Source: Felis catus (lineage: Eukaryota). From it: a stretch of 64,000 nt of DNA. Below the pieces are notes generated by a model that did no database searches, was not told the DNA's origin, and saw only the letters and a program-made list of their open reading frames with translations. Below are positions 37,431 to 49,363 of the stretch, piece by piece. A program made the position numbers and the translations under genes. Numbering within the stretch: the first letter of the stretch is position 1; each line of letters starts with the position of its first letter. The stretch lies in contig NC_058370.1 in NCBI RefSeq assembly GCF_018350175.1, forward strand, positions 51,274,001 through 51,338,000, in the 5' to 3' direction.

Positions 37431-39742
37431 GGTGTGTTATACTTTAAATTATACTATATATTTGTTATACTTGAGAAGGATTTTCAGAGATAGAACTGCT
37501 GAGAACTGACTGCAGAGTGGATTGGGAAGTGAGGGAGAAAAGGGGACCAGAGAGAACCCGGGCTTGGTTTGGGAAACTGAGTGGTACCATCCAGTGTGGT
37601 GGGTAGCAGAGGGTCTGAGACAGGAGTGGGGTCTGTCTCAGGGGGTCTGAGACAGGTGATGCCAGAGGGACACGAGACCTGAGGGGCTGGAGGTCTTAGC
37701 GCCCCATCAGCCAGTTGCAGACCTGAGGCAAATCTCAGGGCAGTGGCGGCCTGGAAAGCCTACCTGGGAGCCACAGGCCCAGGCTGTTCTTGAGGAGCTT
37801 CCTGGAACCTTCCCTGGTGACACCACCCACATGGTCTCCAGGGGAAAAGAAGCCACAGACCTGGCTCACCCACAGCCATGCCTGCCACAGCCCATGGAGG
37901 GCACACGGTGGCCATACCTGAGAATGGGCTCTCAGAAGAGAGACTGCTGCACACGTGTGAAAATTCCTACCAGGCCTCCATTCCTTTCAACTGGGCCCTG
38001 TGAGAATGTCTGCCCATGCACCCAAGACCTCATATCCCCTCAGAGGTATCTCATGCCCATATCCCATGGGCCAGCTTCAGGGTAAACTGTGCTTTACTGC
38101 CACTGAAATTCTATTTTGCTTCTATACCCAAAGCATGGAGTTGACTAGCCACAGAGAGGGAACCTAGAAACTCTTGGATCTCCACACCTAGCAAGGAGAG
38201 GAGAGAGGGGCTGAGTGACTCATGTCTATGGTAAACCTGGGGCACCAGCCAGGACATCATGGTACCTTGTATTCCCACAGCCATGGTCACAGAAGGTAGG
38301 AGAAAACCACCCAGCTCTTTCTTTCTGGGTCTTGGGGTTATCTTATGAGACAGACCCACTGGTGCAACTGCTCTCTCTGAATTAGCAGACCCTTGTGGAC
38401 CCAGCAGCTCTGCCAGTTATTCTGTGCCCCTACTTGCACTCCCCATTTCTAAGTCTGGCAGAGGCAGCCTGACACACGGCTCACCGCATGCTTCACCCTC
38501 TGCCGTCTCAGGCAGATTCTATTTGTGTGCAGATGTACACACATGCCCGCTCAGCTAAGCAAGAGCTTTCAGGTTATTTGATGTTCATAAGAGTTTTCCC
38601 TGAATTTTGTTTTTTCAGAAGAGCCCTCAGGCATTTCACAGCCCCAAGCCATGCCTCCTTTGGGAATGTAAAAACTCCCCTCCCCTTCAGTGTATGCCTG
38701 CCCACACCAGGGAAGAGTCAAGGCAGGGGTCAGGCAGCTGAGCCCCAGTGCCCCAGTGCATGGTACCATTTAATCAGGCTTAACATTTCTTATCAGCTGA
38801 ATAGGGAGGATGGCTGTAATACCACTGAAAAGCTATGCAAATATAAGCAGTCAATGGAATCGATGATAGCACCTAGGAATAATTAGTTACACATCTAATC
38901 ACCCACTGGTCAATGCCATGAGGTGAGAGCTTCCCTTGGAGAACCTGCTACTCATCTCTTCTCCCATGCCAAATCCAAAGGCAGCAAAGAGGCTCCCTCC
39001 TCTGTCCAGAACAGCACCCTGGGCAGTGTGTGCTGGCTGTTGGGACAGGCGTTGCACACCCTCTTCCTTCTCTGCCTGTCCTCACGCCACAGACTCAGGC
39101 CCATCTTCAGCACAGAATGGCCACCCTTCACCCTCCTCACCGTGGATAGTTAAGGGAAGTTGGAAGGGATTCCCCCCACCTTGCCCCAGAACCTTCCCCA
39201 CTTGCTGCCAGAGGAGGTGAAGCATCTGTTTCTGTGTGCACATGTAGGGTGGGGCATACGAGCGAGCATGAGGGTGGACCCCCCCCACCTGAGACCATGT
39301 CACCTGGGAAGCCAACCACACAACACCAACCATGAAGAGCGGCTAGTAAGTTTAGACATCGTACTCAGCAGAAGTAAAGCGCCATCACATTATCTGGTAA
39401 TTCTGGAAGTCTTTGTCAGTTAACTGCTGGTGATGCAGGTCTCCCCCTCATTCTGCCTCGACAACTGATTTTCAGAGTGCGAAGGCAGAACCTGACACTT
39501 GTGCTCACTGCATGTTCATTCTTTTCAACTGTGTCTGCAGCTTATTATAGATGTTGGGTCTTAGCGCCAGTCCCACGGACAGGCTTTCCTCACAGACAAG
39601 CATCACAGGCAGATTACCTAATGTTCCTTCTATGTCTCCACGCAAACCCCCCACTGAGGCAGAACACAGTCCTGTGTCCTGTCTCGGTGTCTCTCCAGAC
39701 TGAAGCTGATTCCCAGGAATGCACTTCAAGAATAGCCTTCTA

Positions 39743-39995
39743 GGGGCACCTGGGTGGCTCAGTCAGTTGAGCTTCTGACTTCAGCTCAGGTCACGATCTC
39801 ACAGTCTGTGAGTTGGAGCCCCGTGTCGGGCTCTGTGCTGACAGCTCAGAGCCTGGAGCCTGCTTTGGATTCTGTGTCTCCCTCTCTCTCTGCTCCTCCC
39901 CTGCTCAAGCTCTGTTTCTCTCGGTCTCAAAAATAAATAAAAACATTAAAATTTTTTTTAAATAAAATAAAATAAAATAAAATAAAATAAAATAA
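39743..39995 (+). mobile_element. Can-SINE (SINEC_Fc type) with (AAAAT)n tail and 15-bp TSD
   Basis: ggggcacctgggtggctcagtcagttgagc...; TSD aagaatagccttcta (39728-39742) / aagaatagctttcta (39996-40010). Confidence 0.96.
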
Positions 39996-40299
39996 AAGAA
40001 TAGCTTTCTAGCAAGCAACCTCTCCTATCATGCAGCATGGGAATATCTGCACCACTTGTCTTGTTGACCAGGGTGGGGCTGTTGTACCTGCACAGAAATA
40101 GGGGCACACCTACCTTCAAAAAGCTCCCACCCCTGCTGAGGAGTGAAAATGAGCACTTGTGAGAAAACTCTCAGAAATATGAGGCCAAATATGGTCAATG
40201 CTCAGGAATGACACAGAGATCTTCAGTAAACACATGAATGGACCAATGTGCAATTATTCATTCAACAAACAATAGCAGAGCAACAACACAGATGGCCCT

Positions 40300-40500
40300 T
40301 GCCAACCTACCTAATGCCAGGTCTGGTCTGTGCACTCTGTTATTGTTCTTGAAGCCTTGAAACTATCCCCATGAGGTCCATGTTATTGCCCTCAGATGAG
40401 CAAGGAAACAGGCTCAGAAATGTTAAGAAATATGCCAAAATTCACATGTCTAATGCATGGTGTTGAGCCCAGTGGGGTCTACCTCTGAAGCCCATGATGC
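40300..40500 (-). mobile_element. MIR fragment
   Basis: atccccatgagg...ggaaacaggctcagaaatgttaag...ctctgaagcccatg. Confidence 0.6.
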
Positions 40501-42469
40501 TCTGAGCTGCCTTGAGTCCCAGTCACGTCCTGCCACTAGGGTTGCCATGGCCCGTGAGAAATAGGCCCTGCTCTACAGGGATGACCTGAGGTCCATACTA
40601 AGGGCAAATGCCAAGCATGCCATCTTGGAGCCTATGGAAAAGGAGAATGCAGGATCCCCATTTGGGGTACTCATGCTGCAGGGTGGAACAGCAAAGCCAG
40701 ACCCAGCCATGCCAGGATGTGAGAAGGGCAGAGTGCCACGTGTGTTCCTACAGTACATTTACCTACAGCAGGCAATGCTGAGCCCCCACCTAGAGGAGGA
40801 GGGTCCCCCTGGGCCTGAGGAACTCTCTGAGATTGAACCATTCTGAAAAATGAAAATGATGACAATTATTCTGCCTCCTCAAGGACTTGAGGCACATAAG
40901 GAAGGCCACGTCACTGTCATGTTTTGGGGTTTATTCCCCAAGGGCAAGAGCAATGTCAGCTCCTCTCTCTGTCCTGGATAGACACCAGTGAGAGTGCCCT
41001 GCCCAGCAGTCATCCTAACAAAGAGGCAGGTGTCTGACATGTGCTGTTGTCCCGGTGTGAAGATGGCTGCTGGACAGTGATTGTTCATGGAACAAAGGGG
41101 GAGAAAAGAACATGGAGGCAGGTTCAAGATGCAGGACCAGTGGCGGGGAAAGTAGGAAGAGGAGCTGGAAAGGCATCAAGGAGGTCAAAGTTGGGGAAGG
41201 GAAGTCGCACAGGAGTGGTGAGGAGTTGAGGGTGAAGGAGCCAGGTGCAGGCAGTCAGTGCCTGAGACCAGCGGGCCCAGGTCACCAATGGGGATACAGT
41301 GGCAGCCAGGCCTCTGGGCACTATGGGGAGTGTGGGTGACAGGGTTATTTCTGCAGTACACCAGAGGTATAGATATTTCCAAAGACAGGACCACCTTCTC
41401 AGAAGACAGGCTGCCAGTAGCTCAAGGCCAGGCCAGCTGCACCCGGGTTTTATACCATCCATCCCACTGTGCCTACTTGGCAAGCCCAGGGTGAAGAAAC
41501 AGTCCTGGTTAAGAGAAGACTGTATAATCTACAGAGCAAAAGTGCTCGTTCACTTATTACAGATCCATCTGGGTCAAGCATGAGGGCAGGAACTGCCCCA
41601 ATAGGAAGCTCAGGTTCAAACCCTGCAGAAGACTGGAGTTCCAATCACTCAGATCTCAAAGGCCTGCTCAGCCTCCTGGAGAGAAGACAGCCTGAACTCT
41701 GCAAGCCCTGGAATCTACCTCCAAGGCTATGATGGGGCCAGAGCCACTCAAGTACTTTAAAAGGGAATTGATATAGAAACAGTGAAACACCATCTCAGGA
41801 AATATCCATTTGGGGCATCTTGTCTTCACTGGTTGCTGAGTGAGAAGCCAGGAGTCTGTTCCAGAGCAGTTCAGGGGTGTTGTGGCTGGGGCTCCTTAGG
41901 GACATGGTGAGGGGATAGGCTCTGCACAGGCCACAGTGCTGTCCAGAAAGGAGCACGACCCAGAGGAGCAAGTCCCCTGCCCATGGCTACTCCAGGCATG
42001 CTCTGCTACTGCTCCTGGGAAGAGCCTAGCACTGGAGCCTCAAGGGACCTCAGGGCATCCTATCTGAGGAAACACACAAAGGAGTAAGACAGCCATGTTC
42101 AGAGTAGAGGCAGGACTGTCACTGGAGGTGTGGGGCATGGAGGGCTTCTGAGCCAGAAGGATGCAGGAGCCTACCTATGTCCTCAAGGGAGAAGTATTTG
42201 AAAGCGTGTCTCTTGTGGCTGGGCCTCAGGAAGTCTGCCCTTTGAGTAAGTCTTTGGAACTAAGGAGAACACTCAGAGAGCCCCACTGATTGGTTTCCCA
42301 GTCCTGAGCCCAAGCTCTCAACCTCCCTGACAATGCCTGAGCCCTTCCAGAGGGTGGAAGCTGCTGGGGCTAACCTGGCCTTCTGCAGGGGGTGCCAGTG
42401 TGACCTGCCTTGGGGCTCCTTATGAGGTTTTATCTTAGTTTCTTAAACCGTGCTTTAAAGAAAAATGCA

Positions 42470-42895
42470 CAAATGTTAACTGTGCGTCACTCTACGGCTG
42501 CACATAACTGTTAACCTCCTGAGATGAAGATTTCAAACACCTCCACATCCCAGAGGCCTCCTTCTCCCTGCTTCCCATAAGTCTCCCCACAGAGGCCCAG
42601 CTGCTCTGCTTTCTGTCACCCTGGAGTAGTTCTACCTGCTTTTGAACTTCCTAAAAGCAAAAATCATATGTACTCTTTTGTGTCTGGCTTCTTTCAAAAG
42701 ATCTGTCTGTGAGATTCAGCCATGCTTTTAAATGCAGTAGTCTTTTGTTCATTTTCTCTGCTGGATAGTATTCCATCATATGGACATACCATCCTTCATT
42801 TATCCATCCCACTGCTGAGGGACATCTGCATTGTTTCCAGTTTGGGGCCATCATAACAAAGTTTCTGTAAGCATTTCTGCATATGTTTTTGAGCA
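42470..42895 (-). mobile_element. Old L1 (L1MB/ME-like) 3' fragment
   Basis: tactcttttgtgtctggcttctttc...tagtattccatc...tttatccatccc...ttgtttccagtttggggc; ORF 42651-42896 contains APNWKQ..CPS...W.N..WY.H.MEYY, the ORF2 C-terminus. Confidence 0.85.
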
Positions 42896-43124
42896 TCCTT
42901 AGAAGTCTGCCTGGGGAAAAATAGTTCCACTGCTACAGATGTCTGAGAGGCCAAGTTTTTCACTGCTAGACTGCACTATAAGTGTTACTCATGCATCAGG
43001 TTCTTTGATCTTAAGCTGCAGGATAAAGAAGAACATCCCCCTGAAAACTGAAGCGAATGCACAAATGGAAGCTTACAAGGTGTTTGGGGAATTTTGACTC
43101 TTAGAGTGTACTAGGGAGAGGTGT

Positions 43125-43185
43125 GGATGTGTGTGTGAGAGTGTGTGTCAAAGTGTGTATGAGTCCATGTATATTTGAGTGTGGG

Positions 43186-43222
<37 letters not shown>

Positions 43223-43228
43223 TGTGTG
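43125..43228 (+). repeat. Degenerate plus perfect (TG)n microsatellite
   Basis: Perfect run about 43188-43219 inside a TG-rich tract. Confidence 0.9.
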
Positions 43229-43577
43229 GGCTTACTGTTATTGCATAAGATGGCCTCAGAATCTCCTGGGCAGTCTATTCAAAATTAACGTGAGAGAACC
43301 ACTAGTCCAGAGCATTTAGGGAAAGGAGAGGAAATGACCAGAGATGAGGCTAGCAAAACATCTAGCCTTTGCAGGCTATGAATCATGAATGCCTTACAAT
43401 AGCATTTGAACTTTATCCTATATGAAAAAGGAATCAGCAGATGTGTTTAACAAACACCTAGTGGCACCCACACACAGCTCAGTAGGTGTGGCAAAGCTAG
43501 ATGTGCCACCTACCAGCACATGGAGCCCCACAACAGGCTGAGTGAACTACAGTTTGCTAGTGGGGGGCATTCAGGGG

Positions 43578-43780
43578 CAGGGCAGTGAAGGGCTAAGTCT
43601 AGAGCAACCGGCCTGTGCTCATGTTCCACTTAGCAGCTGGGAGAACTTTCTGTCTCTATTGGCTCATCTGTAAAGTGGGGACATTCCTGGCTTTCATATG
43701 CCTAGGGTGTTGAGAAAATTAAATGAGAAAGTACTTAGAAGTGTTTCGCATGCAGCGAGCACGCAGTATGCATTAGCTGA
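43578..43780 (+). mobile_element. MIR
   Basis: ccacttagcagctg...ctcatctgtaaagtgggga...tagggtgttgagaaaattaaatgag. Confidence 0.75.
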
Positions 43781-44422
43781 AAGAACTGTATGGATAACTG
43801 CAGTGATTAATAGATGAAGGGTATGTTGGCTCATGGGCGTACACACGTGACTTGTACTGACAAACAGCACACTCGCACATGATGGGCAAATACTCCTGCA
43901 CATACACAAATAGCCCACAGCAAACAGGGGTTTCCAGGGCAAACATTCTAAGATGCTCCCGGCTCAGCCACTGCCCATAACTTATGCACTGGAAACAAAG
44001 TGTTCCTTAGTTACGGAAAGGAGACAGGAAATTAACAGGCCCCAAATCATCTCTGCTTTAAGGACTCCCAGTTGGACAAGCTGCCCAGTCACGCGAGTCC
44101 TATGAGGACCACAAACGGCCCACCAGAGCCAGCATTCTTCAGCTATGTTTGCAGTGACAGGGGAATGCTGTCTTCTCCTCTGGGGCTGGGGAGACCCTCC
44201 TTCCCTGCCCACACAGTAAGACAGTCTGCAGCCAGGCCTGGGACACACAACCTGAGGGACTGAGACAATTCTCATAGCACTGGCACAGAAGTCCAATGCA
44301 GTCCCCATCTTCTTCTCTTGGGAAAGGGGTCCTAGGCCAGGAGTCCACCCCCACAACCCCACCTGTCTAGTGAAACAGACAGCAGGGTGGAAGAGGAAGT
44401 GTATCTGAGAGCATGACCTTAC

Positions 44423-44518
44423 CTCCACATACAGCAGGGGGAAGATCCCAATCTTGTCTCCCAGCATGCCTTCTGCCCAGTTGTCATCCACTCTTCTGAT
44501 GACAGTCAGGATCTCATC
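44423..44518 (-). CDS. SH3RF3: SH3RF3 coding exon (probably exon 3): C-terminal half of SH3 domain 2
   Basis: Acceptor gaccccAG|GAT, donor GAG|GTAAGG; 96 nt, phase 0-0. Translation [32 protein letters not shown]. Confidence 0.95.
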
Positions 44519-44582
44519 CTGGGGTCGCCGCACACATGCACGTGGACACGCAACAAAACACACACAACAAAAATGGAGACCA

Positions 44583-44589
44583 GTCAGTA
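44583..44589 (-). promoter_or_regulatory. Candidate distant branch point TACTGAC for the 96-nt exon (branch A at -66)
   Basis: Near-optimal branch consensus followed by a U-rich tract, with no AG until the acceptor. Confidence 0.6.
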
Positions 44590-46339
44590 CTGCTGAAGCT
44601 CAGAAAAGATCCTAAGCAAGGATGCAAAGAATGGTTTATTATCCATTCTGGGATCTGACATATGAAAACAGTCTGCCCTTACATCTTCACCCAGGACCTC
44701 CCTCTTTCTCTCTTATATATTGATTATAGTTGCAAAAATCTGCAAATGGAAGAGCTTGGCAATTTATAATATAGCTAGTATTTTAAAATTCATGTTCCTA
44801 TTATTTATTTACTGAAATAAAATTATTTTGAATAAAAATAAATTCAGCGAAGTATAAAGCTTTTTAAGTTTCTGGCACCATCCATGAACAAAAAATGACT
44901 GAATACAGTTCCGTTTATTTAGAGTCGTGTACAAAAAGCTTTGGATAACCCTCTTAAATTCTTTGGCAATGCAGACAATGCCAAGTATAGATGCACAAAG
45001 TGGAAACAGATGGAAAGAGAAAGGAAGAGGCATGAAGCACAGAGGAAGAGGAGCTTTCTGGGAAGACTGGCAGACTAGTAGTTGTGAGGAAGGACATGAC
45101 CAGGGTGGCTTCACAGGTGCCAGGAGCTACAGGGACAAATGACAGGGGGTGCAGAGAAGAGGGTGAGAGAAAGAAAGCATGGAGCAGTGATGAAGAGCAA
45201 AAGGTGGAAGCCATCAGGAAAGAAGACTGGGGAAAAGAGACAACATGGGCAGCGGCTAGCGTCAAGAAGGCCGGACAGGGATGCCACAGGCAAAACTGGC
45301 ACCTACACCAAGGATCTGTGGTCAGCTTCTGTTCCCTTTCCAATATCCATCCTTCCTTCAATACATAGGATATATAATAGAACACTCCACAGACTGTTGG
45401 CCTAACCACCCTCTCCCCCTGCCCCTCCACATCAAACCTCCCTGTCATTTGTCTCTCAACAATCTGCTAGGAGACCAGCTGGACTATCTGGGACTTGTGC
45501 TAAGGAGATGATGGCCAGCCTAATGGGGTAACCCCTACTGAATCTGAAGGTACCATCTGCCTTTCCAATGAGTCTTCAATATTTTAATGTGAAGCAATAA
45601 TACAGGACTTGTAGGCTTCTCTCAGGTCAGAGGGACATTTTAGGCCAGTACACTTCATGGAATTACCAGAAAAGCTGGCTTCCCTATAAGCTAAGGGACC
45701 ACACAGTTTTGGGATATTCATCTAGGTCAAGGTGGAGTGATCTAATGTGAATGGAATGTGCCTTTCATGGAACACAGATAGGGGAAAAGCAAGGATAAGT
45801 GTCTGTCATGGGACACTCCCCCATGGTCTGTTCGAAACCTCTCCTCACCTAGGGTTATAGAGTAGAGTCTAAGAGTGATCATACCCCTCATTTTCTCTCT
45901 CCTCATTCCCAAATAACAGCTTTGAAAAATTCCAAATAACAAAATGATCTGTGACTTTAGAATATTTTTTCTCCTAACTTATACAAGCCAGAATAATGCA
46001 ATAAGGGAATTATATCATTGCACGTGTTTCAGGGTAGTTGGTTCTCAGGCTACAGAATGGTATTAATAAGGGAAGAATGTATGGGATTTCCTGGTAACCA
46101 TTAGGGACAAAGTGGCCACCTGGCTTGAGGAGAGATGTACAGAGAGTGCCCCTAAAATCCCATGCCTTGCTCACCTTACAAATTCACAACCAAGAGAGTC
46201 ATGAGCCTGTGATGAACTCAACTCAGATTCAGCCAAAGGGAGGCTCCTAATACTTTGCTGATCATGCAAAGGGAAAGGTAATTGAAGGCTTCATACATGT
46301 CAGAGCTTTTGCAACAACAAAATAACACACAAAAAAAGA

Positions 46340-47640
46340 CATTTCATTTTTTAAAATTAAAAAGAAGATAATACCAGGTTAATTTTTGTTTTTTTAAAAA
46401 AGAAAATACTGTATTATCCATACTATTACTTAGAACTGGTCTAGAAATTGGAGCCAAAGACATAAAAGAATATAAAACAGAAAACATAAATACTAGAAAG
46501 GTATGCAATTCTTTACCTAGAAAAAACAGTATCAACTAAAAATTAGAATAAGTAAATTTGAGAAATACTGCTAATTTTAAAATAAATACATAAAAATCAT
46601 TGGTTCACTTATCTACCAGGAATAGTAAGTTAGAAAATGTGATTAAAATTGGCTATTTTAAAAAAAGTTTTCTGATACACTACATATGCCAAAATTAATT
46701 ACATAAATATTAAAAATTTAAATGTTAGAAAAAAGTCTTGAATGCCCAAGAGGAAATATGAATAGATGTGTAATCTTGAGCTGGGGAAGTTCTTTTGAAG
46801 TATGATAACAAAAATTTGGCTACAGAAAAATGAAATCCTCTATGATAAAAACAGCAAAAACAAAAACGAAAATAAGCTAGCAAAATACTTGGAGGATATA
46901 TGACAAAGACTTAATATTAATATTATATAAAGACTTAAATACACAATAGAACAAAAAGACAAATGTCTTAAAAGAAAAATAGGCTAAGAGCAATACATCT
47001 CACAAAAAAAGAAAAGCAAATTGCCATTAAACATATTTTAAAAAGTTGGGGCGCCTGGGTGGCTCAGTCGGTTAAGCGGCCAACTTCAGCTCAGGTCACG
47101 ATCTCCCGGTCCGTGAGTTCAAGCCCCACGTCAGGCTCTGGGCTGATGGCTCAGAGCCTGGAGCCTGCTTCCGATTCTGTGTCTCCCTCTCTCTCTGCCC
47201 CTCCCCCGTTCATGCTCTGTCTCTCTCTGTCTCAAAAATAAATAAAACTTTAAAAAAATTTTTTTTAAAAATAAAAAGTTATACCTCACAAATAAAAAAA
47301 TACAACTGTAAACAACAAGAGCTCTCTCTTTCTTCTTTGTTCTATTTTGCTTATCAAATTAGCAAACAAAGAACATAAAGCCAACTCACAGTGCTGGTCA
47401 GCATGCACGGAATAGGCACTTAATTATTTTGGGTGGAGATATACATTTATGGCAGGCAGTTTGGCAATTTCTAAGATCAAAGCCTGCATACCCACTGATC
47501 TAACTCTACCCTAGGAAAATCAGAGATGTGCAAAAAGATTTAGCTTTGAGAATGTTCATTATAGTGTTTGTTCAATTAGATAGAAACTAAAGATAAATGT
47601 ACAGCAAAAGAGGTTTGGTTAAATAAATTATGGTATTGTG
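46340..47640 (+). mobile_element. Old L1M(E) ORF2 3' fragments (host element, left part)
   Basis: Very A-rich and decayed; ggcagtttggcaat, aatgttcattatag, ggttaaataaattatggtat match the L1 ORF2 C-terminal region. Confidence 0.7.
47048..47271 (+). mobile_element. Young Can-SINE (SINEC_Fc, ctgggctgatggctcag variant)
   Basis: ggggcgcctgggtggctcagtcggttaagcgg...; many CpGs retained; TSD taaaaagtt at 47039-47047 and 47272-47280. Confidence 0.96.
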
Positions 47641-49146
47641 CTCCAATACTATTCCCAACTCCAGCACTCTCTAGCCATCCTGTCCTACCTAAGGAGGAAA
47701 GGGGAAAATGGAGACACACATACAGAGTTCACAATCTAGAAGTACAGCCTCCTGAAAGGACTGAGACCCTATAATAGGATCATAGGACTATACACTGCTT
47801 CCCTTTTCCCCAAACCATACCAAAACATAACTAAAGGCCAATTTATAGCAATTCCTTTTACCTGGTACATCATGTCTGGCTATCAAAAAAAAATTACTAC
47901 ATATGCCAAAGGCAAAACAAAACAAAAATCAAAAATATAGTTTGAAGAGACAGAGTAGGCATCAGAACCAGACTCAGGCATAGAGGGATGCTGGAACTAA
48001 TTAATACACTAAAGGCTCTAATGGATTAAGCAGACAGAAGGTAAGAACAGAGAACAGATGGGCAATGTAAGTAGAGAGATAGAAAGTCTAAGAAAGAACC
48101 AAAAAGTAATGCTAGAGTACAAAGACACCATCATAGAAATGAAAAATAATTTGATAGGCTAATTAGTACTCTGAACATGGCTGAGGAAGGAATCTCTGAC
48201 CTTAAGGATTTCTATAGAAACCTCCAAAACTGAAAAGCAAAGAGAACAAAGACTGAGGGAAAAAAAAGAACAGGATATTCAAGGGCTGTAAGATAACTAC
48301 AGAACTACAAAAGGTGTAACATATGTATAATGGGAATATCAGATGAAGAAGAAAGAAAGGAACAGAAGAAATATTTGACACAATAACAACTGAGAATTTC
48401 TCTAAATTAATGTCAGACATCAAACCACAGATGCAGGAAGTTCAGACAACACTAAGATAAATGCCGAAAAATAAATAAATAAATAAATAAAAAACTACCT
48501 ACGCATATCAAACTGCTGAAAATCAAAGATAAAAAAACAGTGAAAGAGACCAGAGGGAGAAAATATCATACTTACAGAGGAGCAAAAATAAGAATCACAC
48601 CTGACTTCTCAAAAACCATGCCAGCAAGAAGAGAGTGGAGTGAAATATGCCAAGTATGGAGAGGAAAAAAAAAAAACAAAATCCACCAGCCTAGAATTAA
48701 GTATACTGAAAAATTATCCTTCAATAATGAGGGAGAAATAAAGACTTTCTCAGACAAACAAAAACTGAGGGAATTTATTGCCAGTGGACCTGCCCTTGTG
48801 AGAAGTTCTTTAGAGAAAAGTATGTAGGTCAAAAACTGAAATCTATATAAAGAAAAGAACATGGGTGAAGAAATAACTGAAGGTAAAATAAAACTTTTAT
48901 TTTTCTTATTCCTAATTTATCTAACTGAATAGTTTGTTCAAAATCAAAATAGCAACACTGTATTTGATTACATATGCTTATGTACATATGTGTGTGTGTG
49001 TGTGTGTGTGTATATCATGTATATACTTATGTATAAATGAAAGGAATGACAGAATGATATAAGGGACAGGAGAGAAGAGTTATGATTATTTTGTTATTAC
49101 AGAGTATTCATACTACCTGTGAAATAGTGTGATATTTTTTGAAAGT

Positions 49147-49363
49147 TTTTTTATTTTCTTAAAATATTTTTAATGTTTCTTTTAGAGAGAGAGAGAGAGC
49201 ACGTGAACATGGGGGAGGGGCAGAGAGAGAGGGAGACATAGAGTCTGAAGCAGGTTCCAGGCTCTGAGCTGTCAGCACAGAGCCCAATGCAGGGCTTAAA
49301 CTCATGAACCATGAGATCATGATCTGAGCTGAAGTCAGACCGACTGAGGCACCCAGGTGCCCC
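49147..49363 (-). mobile_element. Can-SINE inserted in the L1 inter-ORF region
   Basis: Minus strand ggggcacctgggtgcctcagtcggtctgacttcagctcag...; tgaaagt on both sides (49140-49146, 49364-49370). Confidence 0.93.

Noticed and set aside
43982-44563. 193-aa ORF reading through the 96-nt exon into the intron (possible truncated isoform)
   Set aside because: Only the 32 exon codons look like protein. A strong GTAAGG donor ends the exon and I found no nearby minus-strand poly(A) signal. It is likely a chance open frame.
44730-44955. AT-rich block upstream of the 96-nt exon as a DNA transposon or conserved element
   Set aside because: I could not identify paired terminal repeats or a family; it needs a Dfam search.
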